Source: Lepidodermella squamata (lineage: Eukaryota > Animalia > Gastrotricha). From it: a stretch of 64,000 nucleotides of DNA. A program made the position numbers and the translations under genes. The DNA is taken from the NCBI GenBank assembly GCA_047495785.1, contig JBLDXI010000031.1, positions 1,364,001 to 1,428,000 of the forward strand, given 5' to 3'. Positions 44,731-58,777 of the stretch are shown here, one piece after another; the first letter of the stretch is position 1, and the number at the start of each line of letters is the position of its first letter. Under the pieces are notes generated by a model that worked only from the letters and a program-made list of their open reading frames with translations, had not been told where the DNA came from and did not search any database.

Positions 44731-47700
44731 CTACGGTTTGTTGTGATAACGCCCTCCCATCGTATGCACTGATTTTTGCATAGCCTGCAGCCTGGCCCTA
44801 GCCTGTTCATGCTGCCGCGTCAATTCAGCCAACTGCGTGCCTAAACGATCCCCGAAATAAGTCGATGAGCTTTTCGAAACACTATCATTAGCCTGCTGGC
44901 CGCTGATACTCGGGCAAAAGTGAATGGAGGATGGTACGGGTGAGATGGTGGGGGAATCATGTTTAACCTCATTTCTAGACAATTTCACATTTTCTTGATT
45001 TTCAGCTGAATTATCGTGACTTTTAGCGGCTGATTTCGCCTCGTCGCCAAACCACGGCTGGCCATCAAAGTCGTCATCGGCGAAATCGTCCAATTCGTGG
45101 TCCATGGCTGGCGGGACATTGACAACAGGCTGGTCGGTGACTTTTGACGTCGAGCAAGCGCCGCTTGTATCAGCGACTGAGGGCGGCGATTTTTGAACGC
45201 AGATGCCTTCCAATTCGGATCGAATCCGCTGCAGCGATTCGGTTGTTGCGCTCGACGTAACCCGCAGTTCTTTCTGGAAATTTTCAATCTTCTCCTCGCA
45301 GCGAGTTATTTTCTAGGGAAAATGAAAGAAAATTAGCGATTTTAGAACTTGAATGGTTAATTTTGAAGGCGATGAAGCTGTTGAAAATAGTCTTTCAACA
45401 AAACACGAAAAAGATTGGTTTAATTTTCATCGGTTCAATCTGCGAAACTTTCCCCGAAAATCCATAAATTTGGTGAAAAATTGGAAGTTTATTGAATTTT
45501 AAAGGATTCGTCAAGTTCAGTTCGTATAAAAAATTTGTTGATTAATTCGATTTCATTTCCAGCTTTCAAGGTGTTTTTCTGCGCTTCATTTTCTATGTTA
45601 TATCTGGTGGCTGTAATTTGCCTCAAGCAGAAAAAACGAGAAAAAATGTAGCTGTTCGACGAGTCGGCAGAGGCATTAGATGACGAACCAGACGTTGTTC
45701 CGAGCGTCATGACATCGCGATCGAAGGGTCCCTCAACAACAGGAAAATGCTGCCGTAACTGCAAAGGCGAAAAAGCGGGAGGCTGCCCTTACTAGGTTAG
45801 CTCAAGTTACGCATCTGACGAGCATTCTGGAGCAAACAGAGCTTGATCGAAACAGAGACGAAGTTCGGCTATATGCACTCTACTCTCAACTGGTTCCGGA
45901 TGATCTAACGACACTCGGCTGCTGCGACATCGTTTATGCCCAGCAGCGAAAGCATACGACTCAATTTCCGCTTCTGGTCAACGTACGTCTTCTCGACCCC
46001 GGCCTCGTCATCCGGAATCAATCGATTATCCGGCATCGCAATCAGGCGACCACCGCAAAATGCTGGCGATGCTAAACCGAAACTTCCGATACGATGCTGA
46101 TTCGAACATTCTGCCGTTCACCTAGGGTGGACTTTTTAGCTCAGAAATTGAGTCCGACATTGACGATGAATAATGTTTGTATTGTATGATCGCACACCAA
46201 AATGATATTGACGAAAACGTTAGAATGCAGCTGTGTGATAATGAGAGCGGCATGACATTCGAACAGGCGATTTATTGCCTCGCAATGGCTTTACGTAGAA
46301 ACATTCGTGTGGTCCAAATTAACCTTCCTGACTATGTGTATGGCAACTTCGACGAATCCAAGAAATACGTATTTTTTACAATTCCATCAACCATTACATC
46401 TCCCTTGTTAAAAAGTGACTGCCACTTTTCTGATTGCCTATACAACGCCTATACGACCATTTCCCATTGTTTACTAATGCCAGAGCCAGAGCCGAAAAAA
46501 TGACTCGGGGTCGCCAAATTGTTTTCATTGATTTGAACATTTCAGAGTCAACATGGAAAACCACTGCTACAATCTCCGCGGTTTCATAGCAAAGTAATGG
46601 CTAGCTATTTCTACAGCTTTCTTGTTTTCTTTAGATATCTACCGCTGGAAATTCTCTTCATCCAACAAGGAAAGAAGCATTTGAAATCATGTGTCCATTT
46701 CTCACTGTTCTATATATGATGGCTAATGCGATATTTCGGCAATTTTTTGGTTTGGTGTCTTTTAGCTTCCATAACAGCGGGCTTCACAGAAGTTACGGTT
46801 TAATACCAGCGGTGCACGTACATTTTCAGCCTGGCCAATTAGCCAAATAGTTGGCTGTAATCATCAAGAGATGACTTGGCTACCACTCCTTCAGTGGACC
46901 GCTGGTGAAAAACTCAAAACTCCATAATTCACTCCATTTTAAATACACTATATACAACTGCTGAAAAATTCGGGGTTGACCGTGTATCAGCATGGAAAAT
47001 TCAATTCCAAATTCGTTTGAATTTTCAGCAAAATATTGGATTACAATTATGAGTATACAAGATTCCAAATATTACCTCATTCAAAACGTTAACCGACGCC
47101 GTAGCCGAGTCGTTTCGATTAGAATTTGCGTTCATCTCCGCAATTTGCTTCTCCAACTGCCGAACTCGCGAAACCAGGCCCAACAAAACGCGAACCAGCA
47201 ACGCCGTGTGACCGCTCAACGTCGGATGGCTACTGCCAGAACTCGAATTGTCATCGCCAGCATCAGCCAACAAATCCGCATCAGCCGCCTCGATTTGAAG
47301 CGCTGAAAACAACTGCTCCAACGCGGCGACAGTTTCGGGCAAGCGAGACCGTTTCGAATGACTGTCAGACGGCGTTTTAATCGAGGTTCCAGCCTGGCTA
47401 GAAACTGAACTCGGTTCCTTTTTGTCATTATTCAAAAAAATCGCAGTATTTTTCGTCGACATCGAGCTGTTAGACAGTGACGAATTAGCCCGTTTCGTAT
47501 TTTCAGTGATTTTCGCGTCATTTAAAGCTGTTGGCGCTGTTACGGCCTCGGCTAGCCGGTCGAGGCGTGTTTTCACCATCGGCGTAATTTGAACAGGCAA
47601 CAGCGAGTTTTTCTCATGATATTTCTCGCTATTTTCGTCGTCGTCGAAATCGCTGTTGTTGTCGTCGTTGGTCCGGCGGGTTATCGGTGGATTTACGCCG

Positions 47701-50549
47701 TGCAGCTCGGCCGATGAGACAGAGCAGATTGATGGGGCGGTTATTCGAGCGCTTTTCTGCAGAATTCGATCGGCACACATCGCCAGCGTTTGCGGCGATA
47801 AGTCAGTCTAATATTTCAACCAAAATCATAGATTCAACGAATGATGCTTTGATTTGACATTTCTTAATAATACACATATGGATTTGATGAATAAGGCCTA
47901 CAGAGCTTTAAAATCTTACAAAATGCGCCATGCTATTTTAAAAATTCCTTTCTCAAAATTCATGTTTTAAGCGCCGCAATACGAGCAAAAATTGCTTAAT
48001 TAACTTTAAAAATGTATTGCAAAAATTCCGAAAAAGGACATCGATAAAATGCCCGTGATCCTCCGAACTTATATTAATTATTTTTTTCCATAAAAGGCCA
48101 ATTCCCGATCTTGCTCCTCGCTGTATTTCCTAGCATCAGATGGTAAACATTTGTATATGGATCTTTATTATTGCCGAAGTCTCATTTGTTACCCTTTCGA
48201 AGCTTCCTGACGTACCAAGTTAGCAACGAGCAAATGCTCCGTAATTCTAATTCGAGCAATAATAATGATGAATAGTAGCGTAGCTCACTCTTCTCGAGAA
48301 AACGTCACTGCTCAAGCCTCTGATCCGGGCAATAAATCTGCTGCTAAGGTGTGCAATTCAACCTTTCTTCTGCCTTCTGCAAAAAGTGTTCAACAAAGGA
48401 TTTTTCAATGGAAATTTCCGACGCAAATTTTATCCATGATTTCCTTAGTAGACACCGTTGCATGGCATAGAGTTCGGTTTTAGCTTGATGGGGTTCAAAG
48501 CAACAGGTCCCAATTCTCATTTCGAAACTGGGCTACAAATATTTCGACATTTTTCTCCGAAGTTATGCGAAATGCAAGCGTACTGAAATGCTAATGAACA
48601 ACAAGCCTTCGATTCGAATGAAACTGAATTTTCATCACAAATTTTCATCACACGTAAAACATTTTCGCTTTACATTTTTCGAGCGAGAACCCCATATTCA
48701 ATCGATTCCAAATTTGATGAATTTCATTTAAAAACCGCCGATAAATTCGAAAGTTAGCCTTTGTAATGGCCGCGCGCGGTTTTAAAAATACTAAAAACCA
48801 TGTGGAGGCACGACTTAAACTTGTGCGCGCGCAATTCTGCAAGTCCCAACGATTCATTAAATTTCAATTTTAAATAATTTATTCCATACGAATTTTAGAT
48901 AAGAATATTCAGTTTTAACTGCTCTGTCCAATGTCCAATATCATGATCGTGGACGAATTTAATTTAAAAAATAAATTGGGGTATAATTCGGGAATTTGTT
49001 TGCTCGCATTGTGCGCGCGCTCACACGTGTTACGCAATCGCACGCACAAAACGCCAGCCAATAGGAGCGCGCGCGTGGAGGAAACTTGGGCGGGCCTGAA
49101 AATGTGCTTCTTCCACTTGACTAATAAAAACGAAGTAGCCTCAAGTTTGCTTTAAAATTAATTCCTTAGGAATATCCTGTCATGGGCTCACGCTATCCCC
49201 TTCACTCGCGCTGCCGTCAGTAACTACTAAGCCGTGCTGAAAGAAGTTGCTAAACTGGTTCAATAGAAGCCCGAACAAATCTTCAATTGCGATGAAAGCG
49301 GCCTTCAATAAAATACTCCTGCTAAAATGGTCAGTTTCGAGAAACATCCGCCTTTTTCTCAAGAAGAAGAAACTCATGTTTTATTGAAAAAACACATGTA
49401 TGGCAGATAAATACTAACTGCTTGCCCTATGACACATAAAGTTGAGAACTAAGAATAGCTATTGTTTCTAGTTTATATATTGTATTATATCAAGGTGCTA
49501 ATGAGCTAGTGTGCTACTTGTTATTATACAAGTGGTAATGTAAAATTCGGCACGAGTCCTTAACTACAGAAAGAACAATATCGTTCAACAAGGATTTATT
49601 AAGGTTAAGTTTGTTAAAAAGTTCGATTAGTCCACGCGTAACAGTTCCGCGCGCTCCTATCGATCTACACTCGAAAAGGCGACAATCAGGTCTCTAAAAT
49701 CTCGCCGGCCGAACGCGGCGCCACGGTTACGGTAATTGCGACATGCTCTGCTTCGGGTCAGTTTTTACTGCTCACAATCATTTTTAGGGGCTAACAAGTA
49801 AACCCTTCAAGACTTTTCAAAACAGTCTTTGCCTTGACTTTTCTCATTGTTAGTCTGATCTCTATGACCGAAAACAACAATTGATCAACAATTTAAAAAC
49901 TGTTTTCAAGCTTTATCTAATGCAAACTGTTTCTCAGGGATCTGATCATTATTTGTAAAGAAATCGGAGACTAAAATTGTCGATTACTCGTTCAATTTTC
50001 CCCCAATCATTTGATGAATATGAAGCAATTTTGATAAACCAAATGCGCTATTTTTTCATATCCACGCTGCCAGGAAAAAAATGATGATAACTCGTTCAAC
50101 CGTTTAAACCATCTTGATTACAAGAGTATAAGTATTCCTTACCACTTCTGAGCAGATCGATTCGGGTTTCGGCAATACTTCTTTGATGAAAACGGCGGGC
50201 AGCGGCTTTTTTGCCGATTTCACGACCGAATTTAACGCTCGTTTCTGAAGCTCGATTTTAGCCGCAAGCTGATTTTTACTCATATGCGAGCTTTTACGAC
50301 GAGCCTGTAAATAAATCGGGATGCTACATTCATTCTGAGAGTTAGCATTCGAAACTTACAATTTCCGCAGGTGACGCCTTATATTCGTCTAAATCGTTGA
50401 CAGTATTCTGAAAATTGAGCGAATTAGGTAAAACTCAGGCAAAATGACCATTAACTTACATCCCAATGAGCCGGCATTTTCTCGCGTGATCGACCAGCCG
50501 CACTAGCCAAAGTCGGCTTGCTTTTCCTGCCCTTAGCCACAGACGCCAT
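44731..50549 (-). CDS. SPICE1: Spindle and centriole-associated protein 1; exons 50549-50460, 50407-50360, 50304-50143, 47807-47076, 45312-44731 (537 aa)
   Basis: N-terminal WDNTVNDLDEYKASPAEIARRKSSHMSKN...ELQKRAL matches the SPICE1 WDNTV.DL...ATPE...R...H.SKN motif. Also LSGHTALLVRVL and LAELTRQHEQARARL. All introns are phase-0 GT-AG. Confidence 0.82.
45640..46500 (+). mobile_element. Decayed element carrying an OTU-like protease remnant in a SPICE1 intron
   Basis: DDE*CLYCMIA...AIYCLAMALRRNIRVV plus frameshifted FYNSINHYISLV resemble OTU Cys and His boxes. Confidence 0.45.
49180..49795 (+). mobile_element. pogo/Tigger-type DDE transposase fragments in a SPICE1 intron
   Basis: PEQIFNCDESGLQ and QVSKISPAERGATVTVIATCSASGQFLLLTIIFRG, with stops. 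Confidence 0.75.
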
Positions 50550-50703
50550 ATTTTGTCTTATCAATAATTCTAATAATAAAATGTGATATTTTATACGAAA
50601 ATGCAATGTTGTTTACTGCATCCATCAATAACAATGATAAATTAGGAAGTGTCGAGTAAAACAAATGTAGAATAGGAGAAGAAATCGTGCAGTAATAATT
50701 TTT

Positions 50704-51336
50704 CTAGACAACAAACACAGGAGATAGGCGTGAGCAAGCACCGTTCGTGTAAACAGCTCTCACGGCGAATTTGTATGTCATCTCTCTGCGAACATGCGAT
50801 AAGGCCATGCCCATGTCTTTTCCAACCGGTTTGATTGAGGCGATTTTATGCCAGTCGGATGGACTGTTCGAGTCGTTGGACGATTTGAGTCGCGGTAGAA
50901 AAACGTAAAATTCAAATTGAAATATCGCAGGGTGAATGCTGTTCTCGTGACCAGGAACTCCCCACATCACTTGCAAAGAAACCTCATTTCCGTTTATATT
51001 ACGGTCCGCTATTGTTATCACAGGTCGGGGTAACGTTTTGTTCAGATCTCCAGGCGGCTCGCAGAACGCATCACCTATGGTACCTTTCCTCAACAAGAAG
51101 TTTTCATTCGGTATTTTTGAAACGATGGGCGGAGACTCCTGCTTCGGCTTCTCCGGGCTTTGCTGTTTCTGATAGTGATAAGCGGCATTTCGCATCCTAG
51201 CGCAGCACAGGCTGAGGTCTTTTGTCATCTCGGTAGCGATTCCCTGGCAGAGAAATTCATAGCAAGTTGACTCGATCAGACCGTGAGTAATTGACGTGAT
51301 CGAGCGCTCGCTCAACTCAATTTTTAGCAAGGGCAT
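50704..51336 (-). CDS. ATF7IP/MCAF1/Windei-like protein with C-terminal fibronectin-III domain
   Basis: WHKIASIKPVGKDMGMALSHV...YKFAVRAVYTNG resembles the ATF7IP FN3 (WKKIG.VKALPLPMACTL...YYFAVRA). Confidence 0.65.
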   Translation of the reverse strand: MPLLKIELSERSITSITHGLIESTCYEFLCQGIATEMTKDLSLCCARMRNAAYHYQKQQSPEKPKQESPPIVSKIPNENFLLRKGTIGDAFCEPPGDLNKTLPRPVITIADRNINGNEVSLQVMWGVPGHENSIHPAIFQFEFYVFLPRLKSSNDSNSPSDWHKIASIKPVGKDMGMALSHVRREMTYKFAVRAVYTNGACSRLSPVFVV

Positions 51337-52573
51337 TGCCTAGAATCGAAATCACATTATATAAGCGAAATGCGAAGGGAGCTTGAAGGCTTTACGCCCA
51401 GAAAAATATTCATATGGGCAAAAAGAGTAAAGAAAGAATTAATATATCACAGTCACTCAAGCAACGACGCTTTTTCGGGATTAAGTATGTTTTTTTTGTC
51501 GCTGGAAGCTGAAGTCCCGGCTAGGGATTGTCTACGTACTACGTATCTCAAGAAAATCTGTTACTAACAGTTCCTCTCAAGCGCAACACCTGTAAAGAGT
51601 ATCAAATAAATCAAACACATAGTATCACATCATTGCCGGTAGGCCCTTCTCGATTGAGTTGAAAGACTGATGAGCGACGATGATTGGTGATATGCTTCCC
51701 AAAACGTTGAGAAAAAGTTCAGATTAACGAGAAAACATGCGCTCATCATGATAGAAACGAATTCATGGCTTTAATGCCATGCCAAGCTCCGAGCTATGAG
51801 CTATACCACGCTATGGAGGACGAGACATCAGGGATCAAGAATCAAGATGGGGTTACCTACATGATTATTCTCCAACAATGAGCAGGAGAAACTTATTGAG
51901 TAGAGCTCAGTATTGGATCACCGCTAGGACTTTACATCAAATCGAAAAAGGGCGAGTACATGGACAGTGGTCAGATTGCTGGCAGCACGCAAAGTATCGT
52001 AAGGTAGGTAGACTCGAAATCACAATTCACAATCACACGCAATCGGCTGAAAAGCCCGCGCGATTTTCGGCGACGATATATTAGCGCGCTTTTTGAATTC
52101 CGGTTTTGACAAACAATACACATTTTCTAATCAAATATTCCGTAAAACAAATTTTCATCAATAAATTGAAAAGATGTATTTTACTATATTATAATGGTGG
52201 GCTAGAAAGCGCAGAAGGGTTTTATTTTCGGGGCTTCGTTGACGTGGATTTTGTCATTTCTGAGCCTTGCGAACGCTTGTGTCGCGAAACTGGCTACTGG
52301 CTAGGCGCAAGTTTGAAGTTGAAGGGCACCGAGAAACCCCAGGAATGAGAATTCATGAAGTCAAAGTTCAAACGAAGTCAAGCAAACGGTCTCCGTTAGT
52401 TCATTATCAAACATCTGGATTTTTCAAAAAGTCTTTCACGTTTTTTGATCTGAATTCTGCTGTTCATGTCATGCTTGTGAGTCTAGTGATTGCTTTGACT
52501 AAGTCGTCGTCCTTGCAGTGGCTCTAACAAATGCCCATTTTTCTTTGCATTTCTAGATATTTTAAGAACTTGA

Positions 52574-52768
<195 letters not shown>

Positions 52769-53067
52769 TCTTCAATCATAACGAGTATTCCGGTTCTCTC
52801 CTTAAGATCAGCTGCTTTAGACTAATATTCCATTACACAGTTTCTGGCTCATAAGTTCATTCTATGGTATTTCCCGACCGACGTGTAATGATAAAATGAG
52901 TTGCTATTAATTAGGGATTGTTGTTCGATGACGATTCTAAGTCTTCAAGTTCACCCGTGCGGTCTTCTTTTGCAATTTTACTGTAATAAAAAGTCTAAAT
53001 TCAGTTCCGTGTGTTTTTATAGAGAATTTTAAGATCCTTTATTGACTATTTCTTCAACTCTTCGAGT

Positions 53068-55160
53068 ATGGCGACTGAGTCGGCGTCTCGAACTGTTGAA
53101 ACCGGTACGAGGTACATGGTTAAGCGGAATGATGGCAAAATGAGTAAGATTTCACGCTGTTTCACTAAAATTCTGGTTTTACCAGCCGTATTTTCCAGAT
53201 CCTGGTGAAATTATGGAGACTAGAACAAATGAGGCGACTAAATCGAAAGAATATTATGTCCATTATGATGGAAGTAAGTCGAGTTATCCCCAGTAAAATG
53301 CATTCAAACGTGATTTTATTATAGTGAATCGTAGATTGGATGAGTGGGTTACAATCGATCGCATCGGCGAAGAAGCTCCACCCCCGAATGCAGCCGGAAA
53401 CGGTCAAACTCAGCCAGAAAACGAGAGGAAACTCATGACTCGTACACAACGGAGAAGACAGGACGTCTTAACAGGCCTCTGTGGGGAATTATCGCCCCCA
53501 CATGGCCATTCTCCCTCACCTATGTACCCGGCTTGTCCTGAAACGTGCCCTGGGTCGGTCCCAGGCGCGGCTCCTGGACATTTATCGGCATCTAGGACAA
53601 ATTCCGAGTCGGAAACCAAGGCGAAAAGAACGAAAGTTGGCTCAGGGGCTGTTGCTCAAAATCCAAGCTCTGATCACGAGCCTAAGGTGAGTTTTCGATT
53701 CTTGTTTTCAATGAATTTACGAATATTTTACACTTTTCCAGGTGAAATATATCGATCGAATTCAGTTGGGTGACTGGGAAATCGACACTTGGTACCATTC
53801 GCCGTACCCCGAAGAGTACGCCATGCAGTCGAAGCTGTGGATCTGCCAGTTCTGCCTGAAATACATGCGATATGAAACCACGTACCGCAAACACATAGCC
53901 GAGTGCAAACACCGTCAACCACCCGGAAAACGCATTTACTCTCATGGTAAGAAATTCGAAGAATGATAATTGGTCACAGGCCCTTATATGCGACAATTTT
54001 CAAAATGGAAAAAATCTCCAACCAATTTTTTTACTTTTATCCCTGCTTTAATCTTAATCCATTAAATTCTGCTCTCGATCTAAAAATCAATTTGCTAAAT
54101 TTTGCTCCCAGTTTTCTTAAAAATTTCGAAAATTAGCGCGAGTAAAATCTTAAATTTCTAATAAAATTGAATGAAAAAATACTAAATTTCATAATTTTTT
54201 CCTCTGAAAAATGAGATAAATTTTACCAAGAAATAAAATGGACTCATGATAAGATTAAACTAATGAGATAAACTCGTCGAAACAGCTTCATCACTAATTT
54301 CTCTTCATTATGAAAAAATTGAACATTAGGTATCGAAATTTTTGTCTCTTTCGTTCAAAACAAATTTTCCGCATCGAGTATGTAAAATATTAATGAAAAT
54401 TTCACGCCCTCACTTGAATGTGGTTGGAAACATAATATTGACTATTTTTGCCATTGTTAAAAATCGATTTTTTCCGCTCATTTTTCAAGGCGGTCTCGCC
54501 GTGTACGAAGTGGACGGGGTTGACAACAAACTCTACGCGCAGTGCCTGTGCCTGCTCGCGAAGCTCTTCCTCGACCACAAAACGCTGTACTTCGACGTCG
54601 AACCGTTCCTCTTCTACGTGCTCACCGAGGTCGACCAGACCGGCTCGCGACTGGTCGGCTACTTCTCCAAAGAGAAGCAATCCGTCGACAACAACAACGT
54701 CGCCTGCATCCTCACCCTCCCGCCCTACCAGCGAAACGGCTACGGCAAATTCCTAATCGCCCTCAGTTACGAACTCTCGAGGCTAGAAGGCATAGCCGGG
54801 TCGCCCGAGAAGCCGCTGTCTGACTTAGGACGGCTGTCGTATCGGTCCTACTGGACATGGGCGTTGCTAGACGCGTTACGGGTCTGCTCTGGCACGGTTT
54901 CAATCGCGGAACTGAGCCGGCGGACGGGCATCATGGCGTCGGACATTGTCTCCACCCTGCAAGTCCTAGGGCTCGTGCGCTACTGGAAGGGCCAGTACGT
55001 TGTCTCGGTGACGCCGAAGCTGATCGAAGAGCTGATCAAGTCGACGCAGTACCGCCCGCCCCCGGTGCCGGTGGTTCGGTCGGCGCTGCACTGGACGCCG
55101 CCGTTCCAGCAGCTGCAGGTGGCGTCGAGCGGCAAGCACAAGCTCGGCGTGGCTCATTGA
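53068..55160 (+). CDS. KAT8: MYST histone acetyltransferase MOF; exons 53068-53143, 53199-53272, 53325-53686, 53742-53947, 54490-55160
   Basis: Chromo-barrel [17 protein letters not shown]2HC zinc finger, [29 protein letters not shown]. Confidence 0.92.
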
Positions 55161-55599
55161 TATAGATTGCATGCTCATTTTACCCTGCGATATGTTGTAG
55201 CTTTTTGTCAACTCTCTCGTTTATGATTTTTCTCTTGTCTTTGTTTTGTTATACTACTGAGTAATTAAAAAAATGACGACGATGGTTCTTTTATCGTGTT
55301 TTGATTTTCGTAAACTTTTTTTCGGTTTTTATTTCAGCTGTGATTGATCAGAATTTTGATGATGCGGTAATAAGTGGTTACGTGGAATTTTAGCAGATTC
55401 AAATACCAATATTTAGTCTGACTAGCCTCGAAAAGTTAGCATGTCCGAGGAGCAGAAGTAACTCGTCCATCCATTTCAAATTTTATCAATATTTAAGAAT
55501 TTTTTGACATTCAATACTCGGACTTTTACGTATCGATAAAAAGAAGAGTTTCTCTTATCAAACATCTCTCATGTTTTGCCAAGGTGATTGGAGTAATAC

Positions 55600-55985
55600 T
55601 TAATTTTTAAGAAATATTGTAAGCGGCTTACCTTCGGATGTCAATTAGGCACCTCATCGTATCTCCATAACAAATGATCATTTTGGAATTTGGAACAAAA
55701 TTTGGCCAGGGCATTCCCTTAGCTTTGGCGCGGAGGGTGTTAAAAGAACAGGAAACCATTGAAGGAATTGATTAATTGATTGCCAGATTAAAAATGTGTT
55801 TGATTCACGTGTTGACTAATAAATATGTTGGCAAGATAGAAAAAGACGTTGGCAATACAAAAAAGTTGTTGGCAAGATGAAAACAGACTTAACAAATTTA
55901 CACTAGATACAATTAAATAATTTTCCAGAACACAATTTTGGTTAGATAGAAAAAGATGTTTGGCAAGATGAAAAAAGACACAGCC
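55600..55985. repeat. TIR-element remnant with TTGG(C/T)(A/T)AGATGAAAAAAGA repeats, related to 11490-12115
   Basis: Ends GATGAAAAAAGACACAGCC versus GATGAAAAAAGACATAGCC at ~12101-12119. Confidence 0.6.
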
Positions 55986-56512
55986 ATCTCAGTTTTATCG
56001 AAAGATCTAAAGATTGGATTTTGCAGGGAATTTACTTGAAGTTCAGCTGAAAATTACAATTGTAAGTAGGCGTATGAAAATAAGCTTTGTGCAAAAATAT
56101 ATTTTCTCATTGTTTTTGAAAAACAGATGATGATGCGCCACCTTAATTTTTTCCGCAATTAGACCCATGGCTGGCTAAAACTGAGCATATTCGTCTAACT
56201 CCATGCAAAAATGTTTTTCGATCGCTAGGTAGCAGGTTAAAATTATTGTAAAATAAGCTTGTTCGATGAGCACTGACAACCATGATCCACCGGATTCGAA
56301 ATCTGTTGAATTGTAGTGAGAATCCTTAAACCAATCAAAATTAATTGCCCGTTTCGTGTTTTTCTGATGTCAACTACGACATTTTGTACCTCAGATTTAG
56401 CTTTGCTGTAGGATTTTCTTCCTCTCTACAGTTGAGCAATGTGGGAAATTGTCAGAAATTTTGCTAATTTTAGATATTTACTGATTAATTCCCCGCAGCG
56501 GCCGGGAAGAAA

Positions 56513-58641
56513 ATGAGCGATGATGAAGTTGCGGAAGCACCAGTCACCCTGAACGTGACCTACGACCTGCCCTCCGAGAAGGCGATTGAGGTCAACAAAA
56601 TGATCCGCCACACCTTGAAACAGGTGATAAAAGCAGGCGAGGTCGATGGCTTGTCCATCGAAAACACCGCCATCGACAAAAGCTTTGTAGGCACGACTTG
56701 GGTTCTGGAGCTGGAAACTGGCGCCGATGCATTGCCGCCACACTCATCGGTTGTTCTTCACATTTGCGGCGTCAAGGGTGATCACGAACCAATAATTCTC
56801 AACAAAACAGTAGCGAAAAATCCATGGAAAAATACGTTTCAGAAAAATCAGATCGACACATTCGAAGTAGGTCGTAGGCTCGAAGTTCAATGAAAAATTT
56901 CAAATTTTCATGACTTTATCAACAAATTATTCTCTAATTATTTGAAATTTAAAAATAAATAAATTTTAAGTTGAAAGTAATTTTGATTCCAATCTCAATT
57001 TTTCGAGATTCCCAATTTATCGATATCGCTACATTTTTGAATTCGATTTTTCAGATTGATGTGAGAGATGAGATTGGGGATGTGTTCAAGCTTCGATTCG
57101 GCTTTCCACCCGAGGTTGAAAATGCTAGGTGGAGCCTAAAATCGATCAAATGGTGGCACCCTGTTCATAATGATATCTATCAAACCGAGCCAAACCTGAT
57201 GGTTGAGGTTTCACCTTACGTCGACTGTTGGCGTGAATTGTACATAATTTGGCCTGATTACCCTCTACTGCTGGTCATCAACTATCTGGTCAGAGTTTAC
57301 ACTTCGAAAAAGTCCGGCATCATGGAGAGTGGTTTAGACATAATTTTGTATGGGTAAGCATTCATTTTTGAGGAATATTTGAGAACATTTGAAAATTCGT
57401 GAATTATTCGATTTTCAAGCGACAATGGCAATTCCGGTCGAAGAAGTCTGAAAAAGCTTTTCGGGAATAATTCCAAATTCCGACCTGGCTCAGTCGACCA
57501 ATTCGAAGTTCCAGTCGTCAAACTAGGACGAATTCTCAAAGTTCATCTCTTCAACACCATGTCGAGCCAGAATAACAATTTTCTACTCGAGAAAATTGTC
57601 GTGAAAGAGTCGGAGAAATCCAACGAATACAATACCTGGACCTTTCCAAGCCGGCAAAGCTTCGATCCGAATTCCGGCGATAAAGCTACAGATCGAATTT
57701 TAGCCCCGGGACCTTCGCCGATACCTGAGCCGGAACCATTACCAGCTATGGATCCACCCCCAATGCTGCCAGAAAATACGCAGCTTAGCTTCATCGAGAT
57801 TCCTAACCCTGCTGCGGAAATTCGGGATGATATTTGGGAGGTTTGGTGGGAAAACAAATCCAACCAGCCCTTCGTCGAGGAGGTTGCGTTCTATTTGACA
57901 TTGGTTGGGACTAAGGGAGCTGCGAAGCGAATTTTCACCACTTACCTACACCCGGGTGTATCGAATCGGCGGCCTATGAGGTTCGATTGCGAAATGATGG
58001 GCGAGCTTCAAAAGGTTCGGTTGACATTTGCTGATAGCGTGAAAATCGGTACGCGGTGGCTCATTTCCAAATTGAACGCAAGACATCTAAGAAGCGGGGA
58101 AAATACGAGTTTCGTGTTTCGAAGCTCCATTTGCCAGAAATCAGTCGGGGATCCTACCAAGGAAGCTTCCGTCGGTGGGACTGTTCCTACCCGAATGTAT
58201 AAGGTCGAGCTACACCGGGGAAACCGAAATGGGGTCTTATCACAAGGTTCCCTCTACATGGTTCTTCAGGGTCGAAGGGGCGAAAGCGGGAAAAGATGGA
58301 TTGTGAAGTCGGACAGTGTTTCGAAAAAGGAATTCGGGAGGCTGGTAAAAGGTCCGAACGGACTCATCTTTAACTTCGAACTCCAAGCTGTGGACCTTGG
58401 GCCTATTGTCGGCATTAAGATTGGAATCGACCAACGCGGCGTTGGAGCTGGTCACTTTTTCGAAAAAGCTTTAATTCAAGCTATTCATATCGATATCGGA
58501 TACGTATTTGAGTTTGAAAGGTTCAGAAATTATACAACAGAAGCCTTCATTCCTAATTGTCATACATTTTTCAGGCCAACTAAACCAAAGCGGAGGCAAA
58601 CCAAGTTTAATGTGGACAAACATTATTCAACGATTGATTGA
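56513..58641 (+). CDS. PLAT/LH2-repeat protein A (LOXHD1-like); exons 56513-56867, 57055-57353, 57420-58520, 58575-58641
   Basis: PLAT motifs FQKNQIDTF, IILYG|DNGNSGRRSL, FRPGSVDQF and AVDLGPIVGIKIG. Confidence 0.8.
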
Positions 58642-58777
58642 TGATAAACTTCTATTGATGTAGCCAACTGCTGACTTTTTCGTCTCCTTTTAGATTACCG
58701 CTCATATTGTGGATCATCTGCTGATTTCCTATTAAATCTACATTTTTTCGAACTTCTCATAGATTTTAGTAATTTCG

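Noticed and set aside
54402-55211. Multiple overlapping ORFs around the KAT8 last exon
   Set aside because: Shadow frames caused by high GC3.
58521-58574. ORF track reading through this segment as coding
   Set aside because: It is a 54-bp GT-AG intron at the same position as the PLAT-B intron starting at 63000; it merely lacks an in-frame stop.
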